A DNA stretch of 64,000 nucleotides from Candidatus Latescibacterota bacterium (GTDB taxonomy: Bacteria; Latescibacterota; UBA2968; GCA-2709665), in contig OZ252100.1 of NCBI GenBank assembly GCA_965248435.1, forward strand, positions 704,001 through 768,000. Reading direction: 5' to 3'. The translations under genes and the position numbers were made by a program. Under the pieces are notes generated by a model. The model saw nothing but the letters and a program-made list of their open reading frames with translations, ran no database searches and was not told the origin of the DNA. Of the stretch, positions 38,427-49,020 are shown in pieces. Each line of letters starts with the position of its first letter. Positions within the stretch are counted from its first letter, which is position 1.

Positions 38427-39910
38427 AACCCATACCCCTTCGGTGGAGAATCATCCTTGCATTGATCATCCTTGCACTGGGTACGACACTCGCCCTCTCG
38501 CTCGTCACCCAGCACTTCCTTGATCGATCCCGATGGGTAAGTGTCAACCCGGAAATGGGACAGGCCCTGAACGATGCTCTTTCCCTGGCAAAGGAGGGCT
38601 ACGACAGGCGCAAGGCTCTGCTGGGCAGGGCAGGTGAACAGCTGTTGAACGCTCCCGACCTGACTCAGGCCTTCCAGGCCCGAGATCCGGAACGATTGAA
38701 GCCTTTCTTGAGTCAGCTGGGGCTCCTGGATCACACGTTGCGCTTCGTTTTTTCCGGCGACGGCCTTTCCGCTTCGATGACCGAACGTTTGCGTACGGGA
38801 CCTCTGGTACTCAAGGAACAGGACGACCTGCTGAACCTCGTCGTTCCAGTTCGGGACCAGGGAGACATCGTCGCAGCCCTCATCGTCACGGAACACCTTG
38901 ACAAACTATTGAATGTTGAGCGAGGCGTTCAGACCTACAAGCACCTTGAAATGATCGAAGAGGAACTCCGTCAGGATTTTCTACTCGCGTTCTTGTTTGC
39001 GGCAGCTGCAGTCGTCTTGCTTGCGTCGCTCATCGGGGTTCGAGTCGGCCTGGGCATCACCAGACCGCTTTACGCCCTCATTCAAGGCACGCGAGAACTC
39101 GCCAGAGACAATCTGGATTACCGCATTACCGCCGGTCGAAACGACGAAGTGGGCCAGGTGGTTGAATCTTTTAACCAGATGGCCGAGGACTTGAAACAGA
39201 ATCGAAGGCAGAGAGTCGAGGCCGAGAAAATTGCAGCGTGGCGTGAAATCGCCCGCCGGCTTGCCCACGAGATCAAGAACCCCCTCACGCCGATTCAGCT
39301 TACAGTTCAGCAAATGAAGGACAAATATCGCGGGACTGATCCGATCTACCAGAAGCTTGTGGATGACTGTACGGAAATCGTCACTGAAGAAGTGGAAAGA
39401 CTTAAAGCGCTGGTACAGGAATTTGCGGACTTTGCTCGCATGCCTTCCTTGTCGCTTGCGCGCAACGACCTGAACAATCTCGTCTTAGACGCCGTCCGTC
39501 TGTATCCTGAGCTGAATATCGAACTCGACCTAGATCCGAGCATGCCAGAGATGAACCTGGACGTAGAGCAGATGCGTCGGGTGATCATCAACCTGATCGA
39601 GAACGGGAAGGATGCAGCTGGGGATGGGGCGACACTGGACATCCGAACTCACCTTACAAACGAGACGGCAAGACTCGTCGTGATCGACTCGGGCCCAGGC
39701 GTGCCTGAGGCGGACAGAGAGCGAATCTTCCAACCCTATGTTTCCACCAAAGAGACCGGGATGGGTCTCGGGCTTGCGGTAGCCAGAACCATCGTTGAGA
39801 ACCACGGCGGAAGCGTCACAGTCACTGACGGACCTGGAGTCGGAGCCCATTTTGAAATCAGCTTGCCCGTTGCCCCCGAGCCGGTTCAGCGACCGGAGGT
39901 GAGGAGATGA
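38423..39910 (+). CDS. NtrY-like sensor histidine kinase (HAMP, HisKA, HATPase)
   Basis: AAWREIARRLAHEIKNPLTPIQL, NLIEN, DSGPGV, TKETGMGLGL. Confidence 0.93.
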   Translation: MKPIPLRWRIILALIILALGTTLALSLVTQHFLDRSRWVSVNPEMGQALNDALSLAKEGYDRRKALLGRAGEQLLNAPDLTQAFQARDPERLKPFLSQLGLLDHTLRFVFSGDGLSASMTERLRTGPLVLKEQDDLLNLVVPVRDQGDIVAALIVTEHLDKLLNVERGVQTYKHLEMIEEELRQDFLLAFLFAAAAVVLLASLIGVRVGLGITRPLYALIQGTRELARDNLDYRITAGRNDEVGQVVESFNQMAEDLKQNRRQRVEAEKIAAWREIARRLAHEIKNPLTPIQLTVQQMKDKYRGTDPIYQKLVDDCTEIVTEEVERLKALVQEFADFARMPSLSLARNDLNNLVLDAVRLYPELNIELDLDPSMPEMNLDVEQMRRVIINLIENGKDAAGDGATLDIRTHLTNETARLVVIDSGPGVPEADRERIFQPYVSTKETGMGLGLAVARTIVENHGGSVTVTDGPGVGAHFEISLPVAPEPVQRPEVRR

Positions 39911-41286
39911 AAGAACGGACCGTGCTCGTCGTCGATGACGAGCGAAACATCCGACGATCGCTGGAGATGATCCTTGCCGGAGAAGGTTACACTGTCGTTT
40001 GCGCTTCCTCGGCCCAGGATGCCATCCAGAAACTGGCGAAGCTACCGATTCACGCGGCCCTGGTCGATATCGTGATGCCGGGGATGAGTGGGATCGATCT
40101 CCTCCAGAAGGTCCACGAGGACCACTTGGACGTGCCCATCATCATGATATCCGGGCACGGAACCGTCCAGGATGCCGTGAAGGCCACCAAACTGGGGGCC
40201 TACGATTTCCTGGAAAAACCCCTCTCATTGGACCGGGTCCTCCTGGCCGTTTCACACGCCATGGAGACCGCGGTGTTGGCAGAAGAGAACCGAACGCTCA
40301 GAAAGGAAGTTGAAGGGCGGTTCGAAATGGTCGGCGAGAGCCCGAAACTCGAAGTCGTCCGTGAACAGATCGAAAAGGTGGCACCCACAAACGGCCGGGT
40401 GCTCATCCTGGGTGAAAGCGGGACAGGAAAAGAACTGATTGCCCGGGATATTCACCGAATCAGCACACGAAGCCGGAGTCCTTTCATCAAGGTAAACTGC
40501 GCCGCTATACCGGAGGAGTTGATCGAAAGCGAGCTCTTTGGAAGCGATCGAGGCGCATTTACCGGTGCCGTGAAGACCAGAGACGGAAAGTTTCTACTGG
40601 CCGAGGGCGGTACGCTGTTTCTGGATGAGATCGGCGACATGAGTGTGAGCGTTCAAGCCAAAGTGCTGCGCGCCCTCGAGCAGGGTGAATTCGAACGGGT
40701 CGGCGGTTCTGAAACCATCCGAGTGGACGTGCGCGTGATCGCCGCTACGAATAAAGATCTCCAACATCTCGTGGAGGAAGGCCAATTTCGCGAGGACCTT
40801 TTCTTCAGACTCAGCGTCATCCCGATCGTCGCGCCCAGTCTGCGGGAGCGTCGGGAAGACGTCCCCTCCCTGACCTCGCACTTCCTCAACCTCTACGCCG
40901 AGGAGAACGGTTTTCGGCCGAAGACGATGACGCCTGAAGCGATAGACGTCCTCTGCCGATACGAATGGCCTGGGAATGTGCGCGAACTCAAAAATCTTGT
41001 CGAGCGCGTCTCCATCATGGTGACCAGAGACGACATCCGGGAAGAGGACCTTCCCGGCCTGAAGGGACCGACAATAGTCCGACACGAAGAGGCGGATGGC
41101 GCCTCAGCGCCGTATCGCCTCGACCAGGGGAAGACACTGAAAGAGGTCAAGGAGACGGTCGAGAAGGCCTATATTGCAGATGCCCTTGGGAACAGCGGCT
41201 GGAATGTGACCAAAGCGGCCAAAGTCCTCGGAATCGAACGCACCAATCTACACAAGAAGATCAAATACTACGAGATTGGACGCTAG
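39907..41286 (+). CDS. NtrX/NtrC-family sigma54-dependent response regulator
   Basis: REC domain, [14 protein letters not shown], intact [22 protein letters not shown]-terminal HTH. Confidence 0.95.
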   Translation: MKERTVLVVDDERNIRRSLEMILAGEGYTVVCASSAQDAIQKLAKLPIHAALVDIVMPGMSGIDLLQKVHEDHLDVPIIMISGHGTVQDAVKATKLGAYDFLEKPLSLDRVLLAVSHAMETAVLAEENRTLRKEVEGRFEMVGESPKLEVVREQIEKVAPTNGRVLILGESGTGKELIARDIHRISTRSRSPFIKVNCAAIPEELIESELFGSDRGAFTGAVKTRDGKFLLAEGGTLFLDEIGDMSVSVQAKVLRALEQGEFERVGGSETIRVDVRVIAATNKDLQHLVEEGQFREDLFFRLSVIPIVAPSLRERREDVPSLTSHFLNLYAEENGFRPKTMTPEAIDVLCRYEWPGNVRELKNLVERVSIMVTRDDIREEDLPGLKGPTIVRHEEADGASAPYRLDQGKTLKEVKETVEKAYIADALGNSGWNVTKAAKVLGIERTNLHKKIKYYEIGR

Positions 41287-41309
41287 GTCCTGAATCGGAA
41301 GGTGAGTCC

Positions 41310-42452
41310 TTGGGAAGATTGGGTTTGATTCTGAGCCTACTGGCCATCTTTTTACTTTATGAGGAAGCACGGGCGCAAGCCAAGGATCAGAAGGAACTCC
41401 GCCAGCTTTCAAGGTCCGTTCGGCTCCGTCACAACCGGGTCGAGGGACTCTTCCTCGGTTATCGGATCGAGGGCAGCCCCAAGACCGGGGATTCTGTCTC
41501 GCTCTTCGCCGAGTCCGGATACGGCCTGCACAGCAGATCGTTCCGGTGGGAAGCAGGCGCGGAGTGGCGTGGAGACCGGGTCACAACGACGGCGACTGCC
41601 TTCGACCGCACTGAATCTCCGAATCGTGAACTCATTCGCACCGAAGAGAATTCGATCTTTTCCCTGATGTTTAAGGGGGACTATCGAAACTACTTTCGGG
41701 CAAAGAACGGATTCGAAACGAAGACGATCTACAGGCTGCGTCCCAGCTTCCATCTCCTAGGCAGCTTTACCGCGTTTGCATACGAGAGCATGCCCATAGA
41801 AACAGAGTGGAGCATCCTGTATCCGGACAAACGATTCAGGGCGAATCCTGAGGTCCGGCCTGGAAATTTTGGTCGCATTCAGTTTGGATTCATCACAGAT
41901 ACGCGAGTGAAAAGCCCTATCTTCCGAAACGCTTGGTTTCTGAAGGGGGTCTACGAGCGGGGGTTCAGAGAATTCAGCTACGACGGCATCATCCTGACCG
42001 TTAAGCGTTATCAGAAGGTCATCTTTGGAAATCAGGCCTTCGTCCTCCACGCCCGAGTCGGCACACGCGAAAGCTCGGCCGAACAGCACCGGTTCTATCT
42101 GGGCGGCGTGGGCACCCTTCGCGGTTTCGGCATCAAAGAGTTTTTCGGAAATCGAATGATTCTGATCAACTGGGACTACCTTTTCAGGGGAGATCTGTTT
42201 TCTCGCCTCCCGATTCGAGCGCTGCATCTCCTCAATCTCATCCTCTTTGTAGATACGGGATGGATCTCGCCTCAGCTGAGCGACAAGCATCTCTTTGAAG
42301 GCTTTCAGGATGTTCGCCTGCAGGATTTCAAGACGGATGCCGGGTTGGCCCTCGCCTTTTCGCAGCAGCTGTTCCGAATCAACGTGGCCCGAAGGCTCGA
42401 CAGAAAATCCGATCCCTGGACGTTTTCTCTTAGGCTGATGCGCAAGCTCTAA
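41310..42452 (+). CDS. Outer-membrane beta-barrel (DUF5686/Omp85 surface-antigen-like)
   Basis: TTG start with signal peptide, RHNRVEGLFLG, FYLGGVGTLRGF, FVDTGW. Confidence 0.7.
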   Translation: MGRLGLILSLLAIFLLYEEARAQAKDQKELRQLSRSVRLRHNRVEGLFLGYRIEGSPKTGDSVSLFAESGYGLHSRSFRWEAGAEWRGDRVTTTATAFDRTESPNRELIRTEENSIFSLMFKGDYRNYFRAKNGFETKTIYRLRPSFHLLGSFTAFAYESMPIETEWSILYPDKRFRANPEVRPGNFGRIQFGFITDTRVKSPIFRNAWFLKGVYERGFREFSYDGIILTVKRYQKVIFGNQAFVLHARVGTRESSAEQHRFYLGGVGTLRGFGIKEFFGNRMILINWDYLFRGDLFSRLPIRALHLLNLILFVDTGWISPQLSDKHLFEGFQDVRLQDFKTDAGLALAFSQQLFRINVARRLDRKSDPWTFSLRLMRKL

Positions 42453-42470
42453 AGGAGCCCGAACGCTTCC

Positions 42471-44045
42471 GTGCCTCGACGCACTTCGCTAACAGGGGCC
42501 TTCGCCCTTTCCATCCTGGTTGGACACCCCAGCACCCTTCAGGCATCCCAGGAACACTTCCAGGTCTTCGACCTCCGCCTGCCGGACAGACCTTCACTCT
42601 ACAGGCCTGCAGACCTGAACGGAGACGATCGGACAGACCTGCTCATCGTCTACACCCGAAAGGAAGGGCGGGATCGGGAACGCCGTTTCGCCATTTTCTT
42701 CCAGACCGCTCAGGGCTTCGCCGAAACCCCGGACCTGGACTTCCCGCCCCCCCCAGATGCTGTCGTCTTCGACCTCGCCGATGTCGACTCCCTTCCCGGT
42801 TCGGAGATCGTCTACTTCACGCCTCGCGGCGTCTCCTACCTGACTGCAGGCTCCAAAAATCCAACACGGAATGTTCTCGTGGAAGCGCCCTCGGTCTTCC
42901 TCGCGGCGGAACCGGAGAAATTGCCCTACTGGGACTTCGTACGGGACCTCAACGGCGATGGGACGCCCGAACTCATCCTCCCGCAGGTGGGGCGATACTT
43001 GATCTACTCCACGGCAGACACTCGGCTGCCCTCGGGGGTCCTTCTTGCCGGCCTCCAAATCGGAGTTCGCGGACAAGGATTGAACCGATTTGCCGTCGGC
43101 GGGAGCGTTTCCACGACCATTGGGACACCCCACTTCCTCTTCAGGGATCTAGATCAGGACGGTCAGACCGACATCCTAGCGGCCTACGCGGACAGCCTCT
43201 GCTTCTTCAATCAGGACGCATCCGGCCGTTTCGGAGGACCACCGGACAAGGTCATCCACCATGGGTTCGGTGCCCTTGCTGACGGAACAGAGACCATACG
43301 AGAGGGTGAACCCTCCAATCAACTGTTCAAGTATATTTCAGAGGTGAGGGATTTAAACGGAGACGGGCAGATCGACGTGACAGTGATAAAGGCTTCCGAT
43401 GAGACTGGCCTGGATGTTCGTACGGAGATCCAGGTATATTATGGGCGCAGCGAAGACGATCCTGCGAAGTCGCGCTCCCTCTTCGACCGCCCCCCCGACC
43501 AGGTCATCGCTTCTCAAGGCGCACAGATCCTGCCCGACGCAATCGACCTAAACGCAGACGGCCGCATGGACCTGGTCGTCCCGACCATCAAGACCGGTCT
43601 GACCAGCCTGATCCAGATGTTCCTCACAAGAACCGTGAACGTCGATGTGCTCTTCTACATCATGGGAGAAAATGGTCGATATCCCGATCGGCCTTCGGCC
43701 CGCAGGAAGCTCCAGGTGGCGATCGACTTCCGCCGAGGCAACACTCAGCCCGTCTACGAATTCGCGGATTTGAACGGCGACGGGGTAACCGACGTCCTGA
43801 CGAGTGAGGATACGAATGAACTGGTGGGATTTTTGGGAAGCAAGCGGGAAGTCTTTGACGCGAAGCGTGACCTCGCGTTTCGGGTCCATCTTCCCGGGAA
43901 TGGGGATCGGGCGAAGGCGATGAATCTCAACGGAGATGGAAAGGCAGACGTCGTGATGACCTATGAGCGATTGGACGGGCCGGAGCTCACAAACCTCATT
44001 CGAGTGCTCCTTTCCTCGGGGGAGGTCCCGGCGATTCTACGGTAA
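42471..44045 (+). CDS. Secreted FG-GAP/VCBS-repeat (beta-propeller) protein
   Basis: Repeated DLNGDG-like Ca-binding motifs (DLNGDDRTD, DLNGDGTPE, DLDQDGQTD, DLNGDGQID, DLNADGRMD, DLNGDGVTD, NLNGDGKAD). Confidence 0.85.
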   Translation: MPRRTSLTGAFALSILVGHPSTLQASQEHFQVFDLRLPDRPSLYRPADLNGDDRTDLLIVYTRKEGRDRERRFAIFFQTAQGFAETPDLDFPPPPDAVVFDLADVDSLPGSEIVYFTPRGVSYLTAGSKNPTRNVLVEAPSVFLAAEPEKLPYWDFVRDLNGDGTPELILPQVGRYLIYSTADTRLPSGVLLAGLQIGVRGQGLNRFAVGGSVSTTIGTPHFLFRDLDQDGQTDILAAYADSLCFFNQDASGRFGGPPDKVIHHGFGALADGTETIREGEPSNQLFKYISEVRDLNGDGQIDVTVIKASDETGLDVRTEIQVYYGRSEDDPAKSRSLFDRPPDQVIASQGAQILPDAIDLNADGRMDLVVPTIKTGLTSLIQMFLTRTVNVDVLFYIMGENGRYPDRPSARRKLQVAIDFRRGNTQPVYEFADLNGDGVTDVLTSEDTNELVGFLGSKREVFDAKRDLAFRVHLPGNGDRAKAMNLNGDGKADVVMTYERLDGPELTNLIRVLLSSGEVPAILR

Positions 44046-44147
44046 AGACGCGAGGTGATCTTACATCTAGGCAAAAAACACAAAATCCTTTTTTGCTTAT
44101 CGCAATAAGCTGCTTTAGTGGGCATTTCCAACAGGAGTCGGACTAGT

Positions 44148-45950
44148 ATGGATATAAGAAATATTGCGATTATCGCACACGTTGATCATGGAAAGACAAC
44201 CATGGTGGATCGAATTCTACATCAAGTGGAATTGTTCAGGGATAATCAGGAAGTGCAGGATTTGATTCTGGATTCAAATGATCTGGAACGGGAGAGAGGG
44301 ATAACCATTCTATCCAAGAACGTATCAGTAAGATATAATGGAACAAAGATCAATATTATCGATACTCCGGGACACTCGGATTTTGGAGGAGAAGTGGAGC
44401 GTGTCTTGAATATGGCTGATGGTGTGCTGTTACTTGTCGATGCTTTTGAAGGGCCAATGCCGCAGACACGATTCGTTCTGCAAAAAGCGTTGGAACTGGG
44501 CTTAAAACCGATAGTCGTGATCAATAAAGTCGATAAACCGAATTGTAATCCGGAAGCGGCGAATGAGCTTGTTTATGAACTGATGTTTTCCTTAGATGCG
44601 ACAGACGAACAACTGAATTTTCCAACTGTTTACGGTTCTTCAAAAGAGGGATGGATGGGAGCCGATTGGAAAACACCAACCACCGACGTCACCTATTTGT
44701 TAGATACCATTATTGAATACTTTGATCCGCAAAAAGATAACCCTGGAACTGTACAATTACAGATCAGTTCATTGGATTACTCGTCATATACAGGGAGGAT
44801 TGCGGTAGGAAGGGTGCATAGAGGAAGTATCAAAACGGGTGACCAAGTCTCTGTTGTTCAAAGAAACGGTGAAATCAATAAATCAGTCGTCAAAGAACTT
44901 TTTCTATTCGAGGGGCTGGGAAAAGAGAAAACAAAAGAGGAAGTGAAATCTGGGGAAATAGTCGCGATCCTCCTAGGACTCGATAACTTTGACATCGGAG
45001 ATACCATTGCTGATTGCAATGAACCCGAATCTCTAAAGCCGATCTCAATAGATGAACCTTCTATGAGCATGCTATTTACGATCAACACCTCACCGTTCCT
45101 TGGCAGAGAAGGGAAATTCGTCACGTCAAGGCACGTTAGAGAGAGACTATTCAAAGAAACAGAGAAGAACCTTGCACTGAATATTGAAGAGTCTGACTCA
45201 CCTGATAGACTCATAGTCTATGGTAGAGGCATTCTTCACTTATCTATTCTGGTAGAAACCATGAGGCGAGAAGGGTATGAGATCCAACTAGGTCAGCCAA
45301 AGGTGGTTACGAAGGAAATCGATGGATTTCTGCACGAACCCATAGAACTGTTAAATGTCAATGTTCCAGAAAAGTTTTCCAGCAAAATCGTAGAAATAGC
45401 CACCAGGCGCAAAGGTGATATTCTGAACATCGAGAAAAAGAGTGACAGGATATTTCTCGAGTTCAAAATACCGGCCAGGGGCTTGATCGGCTTTGTCAAT
45501 CCAGTATTAACGGCTACCGAAGGGGAAGCTGTGATCTCGCATCGGTTCAATGGGTATGAGCCGTGGAAAGGTGCAATACAGGGTAAGAGGAATGGTGCGT
45601 TGATAGCGATGGAATCAGGAACATCGATTGCGTATTCCATTAACAAATTGCAAGACAGGGGTAAATTCTTCATCGAGCCAAATGAAGAAGTATATGCAGG
45701 TCAGGTGGTAGGAGAGAGTACGAGGTATGATGACCTGGTAATAAACGTAACCAAGACTAAAAAATTGTCTAATCTGCGCGCTGCTGGTTCAGATGAAAAA
45801 ATGTCGATAGCTCCGGCAATAAAGTTCTCATTGGAAGAAGCTATGGAATACATTGGAGAGGATGAATATGTTGAAGTAACCCCGAAATCCATTCGCTTAA
45901 GAAAAATATTGCTTGGTGAGCTTGAAAGGAGGAGGCAGACTATTCGCTAG
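44148..45950 (+). CDS. typA: Translational GTPase TypA/BipA
   Basis: RNIAIIAHVDHGKTT, LERERGITI, DTPGHSDFGGEVER, NKVD, GRGILHLSILVETMRREGYE, EVTPKSIRLRK. Confidence 0.97.
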   Translation: MDIRNIAIIAHVDHGKTTMVDRILHQVELFRDNQEVQDLILDSNDLERERGITILSKNVSVRYNGTKINIIDTPGHSDFGGEVERVLNMADGVLLLVDAFEGPMPQTRFVLQKALELGLKPIVVINKVDKPNCNPEAANELVYELMFSLDATDEQLNFPTVYGSSKEGWMGADWKTPTTDVTYLLDTIIEYFDPQKDNPGTVQLQISSLDYSSYTGRIAVGRVHRGSIKTGDQVSVVQRNGEINKSVVKELFLFEGLGKEKTKEEVKSGEIVAILLGLDNFDIGDTIADCNEPESLKPISIDEPSMSMLFTINTSPFLGREGKFVTSRHVRERLFKETEKNLALNIEESDSPDRLIVYGRGILHLSILVETMRREGYEIQLGQPKVVTKEIDGFLHEPIELLNVNVPEKFSSKIVEIATRRKGDILNIEKKSDRIFLEFKIPARGLIGFVNPVLTATEGEAVISHRFNGYEPWKGAIQGKRNGALIAMESGTSIAYSINKLQDRGKFFIEPNEEVYAGQVVGESTRYDDLVINVTKTKKLSNLRAAGSDEKMSIAPAIKFSLEEAMEYIGEDEYVEVTPKSIRLRKILLGELERRRQTIR

Positions 45951-46055
45951 AACCCGAGTTTGGGCTCAGCGGCCGGCCCAACGATCGCACCAGATCTTCA
46001 CTGGTCAAAACGAGCCGGACGATGATGGGGTTAGGCCTCGGAGTTCCTTTCGCTT

Positions 46056-48764
46056 TTAAAACATGAACCCTGCGCGCAGATAGAATCCCGTGAGGTCGTC
46101 GCCGTTCACGAACGCCGCGCTCAGCGTCTGTGTGCGCTGGAGGAAGGACATCCAGATGCCGCCGCCCACGCCGGTGTGGAACTTATCCGCATCGGAAGGA
46201 TCAGCGTCGAGGAACACTCGGCCCGTGTCGATACCGCCGAACACGCCGAACTCACCCGGCAGGAGAAACCTGATTCGCGAGAGCTTGAGCCGCAGCTCAG
46301 CATTCCCGTAGACCGAGGACTCGCCGCCAAACCGATCCTTCCGGAATCCACGCAGTGTGCCGGGGCCCCCCACGAACGCGGCCTCGTGAAACGGAAATCT
46401 ACCCCAAACGTTCTTTCCGCCCCCCCGAAGCGCCAGGGTCATCGCCCCCCCGGCCGACAGATACGTCGAAATCTCACCCTCCAGATGACCGAATGCGGAC
46501 GCCACGTCCCACGCCTCCGGGTAGACGGCACCCGAGACGTCGATCAAGAAACCGCGGCCCGGAAAGGCGAGGTTGTTGCGTGTATCGATTTCGACCTGAC
46601 CGCGCGCGCCGATCTGACCGAATGATCCCGTTCCATACGGTGGGGTCGGCAGAGAACTGATGTATCTTTCCGAATTATCTTCTAGGGGTGTGTCGGCGTA
46701 CTTCGCGATCGGACCCACCGAAATCGTGAGTGTCGTACGGACCTTCGGCCCCTCCGGCGCACCTGGTCCGTACGCACCCTCCACGGCGGGACCGGGATGT
46801 TTGCCGGCGCGGAAGACAAGGCCAGGGGTGAACCGGAACTCTTTCTGCTCGACCTTGTAGAACGATGTCGACTCGGGGATCTGGGTGTCGTTGCCGAACC
46901 CGTTGAACCGGATCACGTTGATGCCGGAATACTCCAGGTGAAGCGACCCATCCACTCCGGGCCAAATGTGACGAAATGCGCCCGTGTAGGCGACGAAGGG
47001 TTCGGCACCCTCGCTGGCAACGCCGAGGCTGATAGAATGCTTCGACGAGTACGGATCCCTCCGATATCCGAAATGCTGTCGGCTGCTGATGACCCCGCCA
47101 TAGATGCCCAAATCCGGACTGGTAGACACGACAGGGAGAGTGATCCTCTGGCTGCCCCAGTCGAGCCACCGTCTCGAGTTGCTCGTTGTCGTGCCGCGAG
47201 GTCGCTTGTAGGGACGCTCATTAACTTTCGCGCCCCTACCCTTCTCGAACCGATTCTTTCCGCTAGCGTCGAAGAACCGCGTCTTTCCGCTTCCCGCCTC
47301 TGACGTGTTGACGAACGTGTCGTCTCCATCCCCGCCGTCGGCCAGGATGTTGATCCGCCCGTTCCCGCCTGACACCTCCACGTAGTCGTCACCGCCGTGA
47401 GCATATAACCGAATTTCTTTCATCTCCGTGTGGTGATACGTCCTCCGGAAGTAAGGGGGCCTCCGGCCGTCCGGATCAGCGCCACCCAGGCCGATCCGGA
47501 GCGCGAGATCGCCATTGGCCTTGTGTTCGAAAAGGATATACTCATCCTTATCCGTCGCCCGGACTTCGGCCTGCCGGGTGATCAGACGGTAGTATCGGTC
47601 GGCGAACGCGGACAGGCTGTTGCGGCGTGTTTTGAGCGTGCGCGTGAGGAAGTCACCCACCTGGTCGTAGAACGATGGGGGAAGCCTGCGAACGGCGTCT
47701 TCGATCACGGCATCCGGCAGTTCACGCTGCAAGGCCGTGGCCATCGAGTCCCACACCGACCTCTCGAGCTCGGACAGGTATTCCCGATCCAGCTCCCAAC
47801 CGTTCGTCGTCAACCCGACGACACTGGGATACCTGGCTTCGAACCTGATCTGCTTCGGAATGGCCCTTCGCGCAAGGAACATCGCAAAACCGTCGAAATC
47901 CACGAAGGCCTGGTCACGATCTTCGGGGATCGGGTACCAGAAATAGCCGTCGCCATCGGGGAACCGGGCCCACCGCCACTGACCGAAGTGGCGGTCCTTG
48001 TCGTTGATCAGGATGTCCAGCAGCCGTGCCTTGAGGAATGCCCGCGCATTCACCCGGTGCTCGGGGCCCGCTTCCAGGTCTGCCCAGAGGCGCTCCGATC
48101 CCTTGACACTCCGCGAGCCGGCGAAGCCCGGCGTCTCGTCGGCCCCGTCAACCGGATACTCATGGAACGCCCCGATGAGGCCGGCGAATTCCTTACGGTA
48201 GTCGCCCAGCCGGGGGTGGTCCGGAATCACCACAAGCGTATGTTTCGCGTGGAGGATTCCGGTCACTTCCATCAGGCGATCGACGACGAGTCCGCCGGTA
48301 GGGAGCATGGCGCTGATCTGATCCTGTAGGATGTCCTCGACGAACGTCTGTTTCAGCTCACCCCACAGGCGCTTCGTAGGGTCTTTGTCCAAGGAACGAA
48401 CCGAATAAGGCCGACCATCCTCCCCCGCGAGGTGCAGAGAGATCGACTGCCCGAACCCTCCGGTCCCAACCGGCTTCAGCCCGCCGGCCACGGTGTCAAG
48501 GTCGAGGACTTCGACCTGGATGGGCGTGATCCAGAGGTCGCGGTAATCCCTCCCGTAGAGCCACTTGTGGAAGCCGCCCGCCCGGAACCGTTCTCCGAGC
48601 ACAACCGTGTGCGTCCTGGCCCCGGGCGGCGGAATCGACCGGCGGATCAGGTGGCCTGGAGGGGGCGGGTCTTCATCGGCTCTCGATTCTGATGCTACGA
48701 AGCAGACCAGCGCAGCAGCCAGTAAGATAAGGCTCCAGCACCTCTTTCTATGCGCTATGTACAT
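46056..48764 (-). CDS. Omp85/BamA-TamA-like outer membrane protein with an N-terminal kinase-like domain
   Basis: Signal peptide, YRDLW, GGFGQSISL, RSLDKDP, RLLDILINDKDRHFGQW, PEDRDQAF; barrel with LRGFRKDRF and terminal GFMF. Confidence 0.75.
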   Translation of the reverse strand: MYIAHRKRCWSLILLAAALVCFVASESRADEDPPPPGHLIRRSIPPPGARTHTVVLGERFRAGGFHKWLYGRDYRDLWITPIQVEVLDLDTVAGGLKPVGTGGFGQSISLHLAGEDGRPYSVRSLDKDPTKRLWGELKQTFVEDILQDQISAMLPTGGLVVDRLMEVTGILHAKHTLVVIPDHPRLGDYRKEFAGLIGAFHEYPVDGADETPGFAGSRSVKGSERLWADLEAGPEHRVNARAFLKARLLDILINDKDRHFGQWRWARFPDGDGYFWYPIPEDRDQAFVDFDGFAMFLARRAIPKQIRFEARYPSVVGLTTNGWELDREYLSELERSVWDSMATALQRELPDAVIEDAVRRLPPSFYDQVGDFLTRTLKTRRNSLSAFADRYYRLITRQAEVRATDKDEYILFEHKANGDLALRIGLGGADPDGRRPPYFRRTYHHTEMKEIRLYAHGGDDYVEVSGGNGRINILADGGDGDDTFVNTSEAGSGKTRFFDASGKNRFEKGRGAKVNERPYKRPRGTTTSNSRRWLDWGSQRITLPVVSTSPDLGIYGGVISSRQHFGYRRDPYSSKHSISLGVASEGAEPFVAYTGAFRHIWPGVDGSLHLEYSGINVIRFNGFGNDTQIPESTSFYKVEQKEFRFTPGLVFRAGKHPGPAVEGAYGPGAPEGPKVRTTLTISVGPIAKYADTPLEDNSERYISSLPTPPYGTGSFGQIGARGQVEIDTRNNLAFPGRGFLIDVSGAVYPEAWDVASAFGHLEGEISTYLSAGGAMTLALRGGGKNVWGRFPFHEAAFVGGPGTLRGFRKDRFGGESSVYGNAELRLKLSRIRFLLPGEFGVFGGIDTGRVFLDADPSDADKFHTGVGGGIWMSFLQRTQTLSAAFVNGDDLTGFYLRAGFMF

Positions 48765-48861
48765 GCAATGCCCCTGTGCGGCTTCAAAACCGACTTCACT
48801 GTGGTTGTCACGTTTGATGTGTCCACAATATAGCCCTGCGAACGGCCTCCGCGTACAAAAC

Positions 48862-48896
48862 AAAGGCGGGGCGAAAAGATGTTCCGCCCCGCCTTT
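48862..48896. terminator. Intrinsic terminator
   Basis: AAAGGCGGGGCG pairs with CGCCCCGCCTTT. Confidence 0.75.
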
Positions 48897-49020
48897 CTAT
48901 TCATCAGGCGCCGATGGCTCAAATGATCATCCACTGACAAATCTACTCGTCTACCCATGCCCAAGCATCTTACATATTTCTCCTACTCCGGCTTGAGTGG
49001 CCGTTCGCCGGCACACTGAC

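Noticed and set aside
40965-41309. Long N-terminal extensions in the ORF track (40965, 15486, 23329, 56057, 17656, 9413, 61962)
   Set aside because: They overlap upstream genes, promoters or repeat elements. Downstream starts fit family N-termini and RBS positions better.
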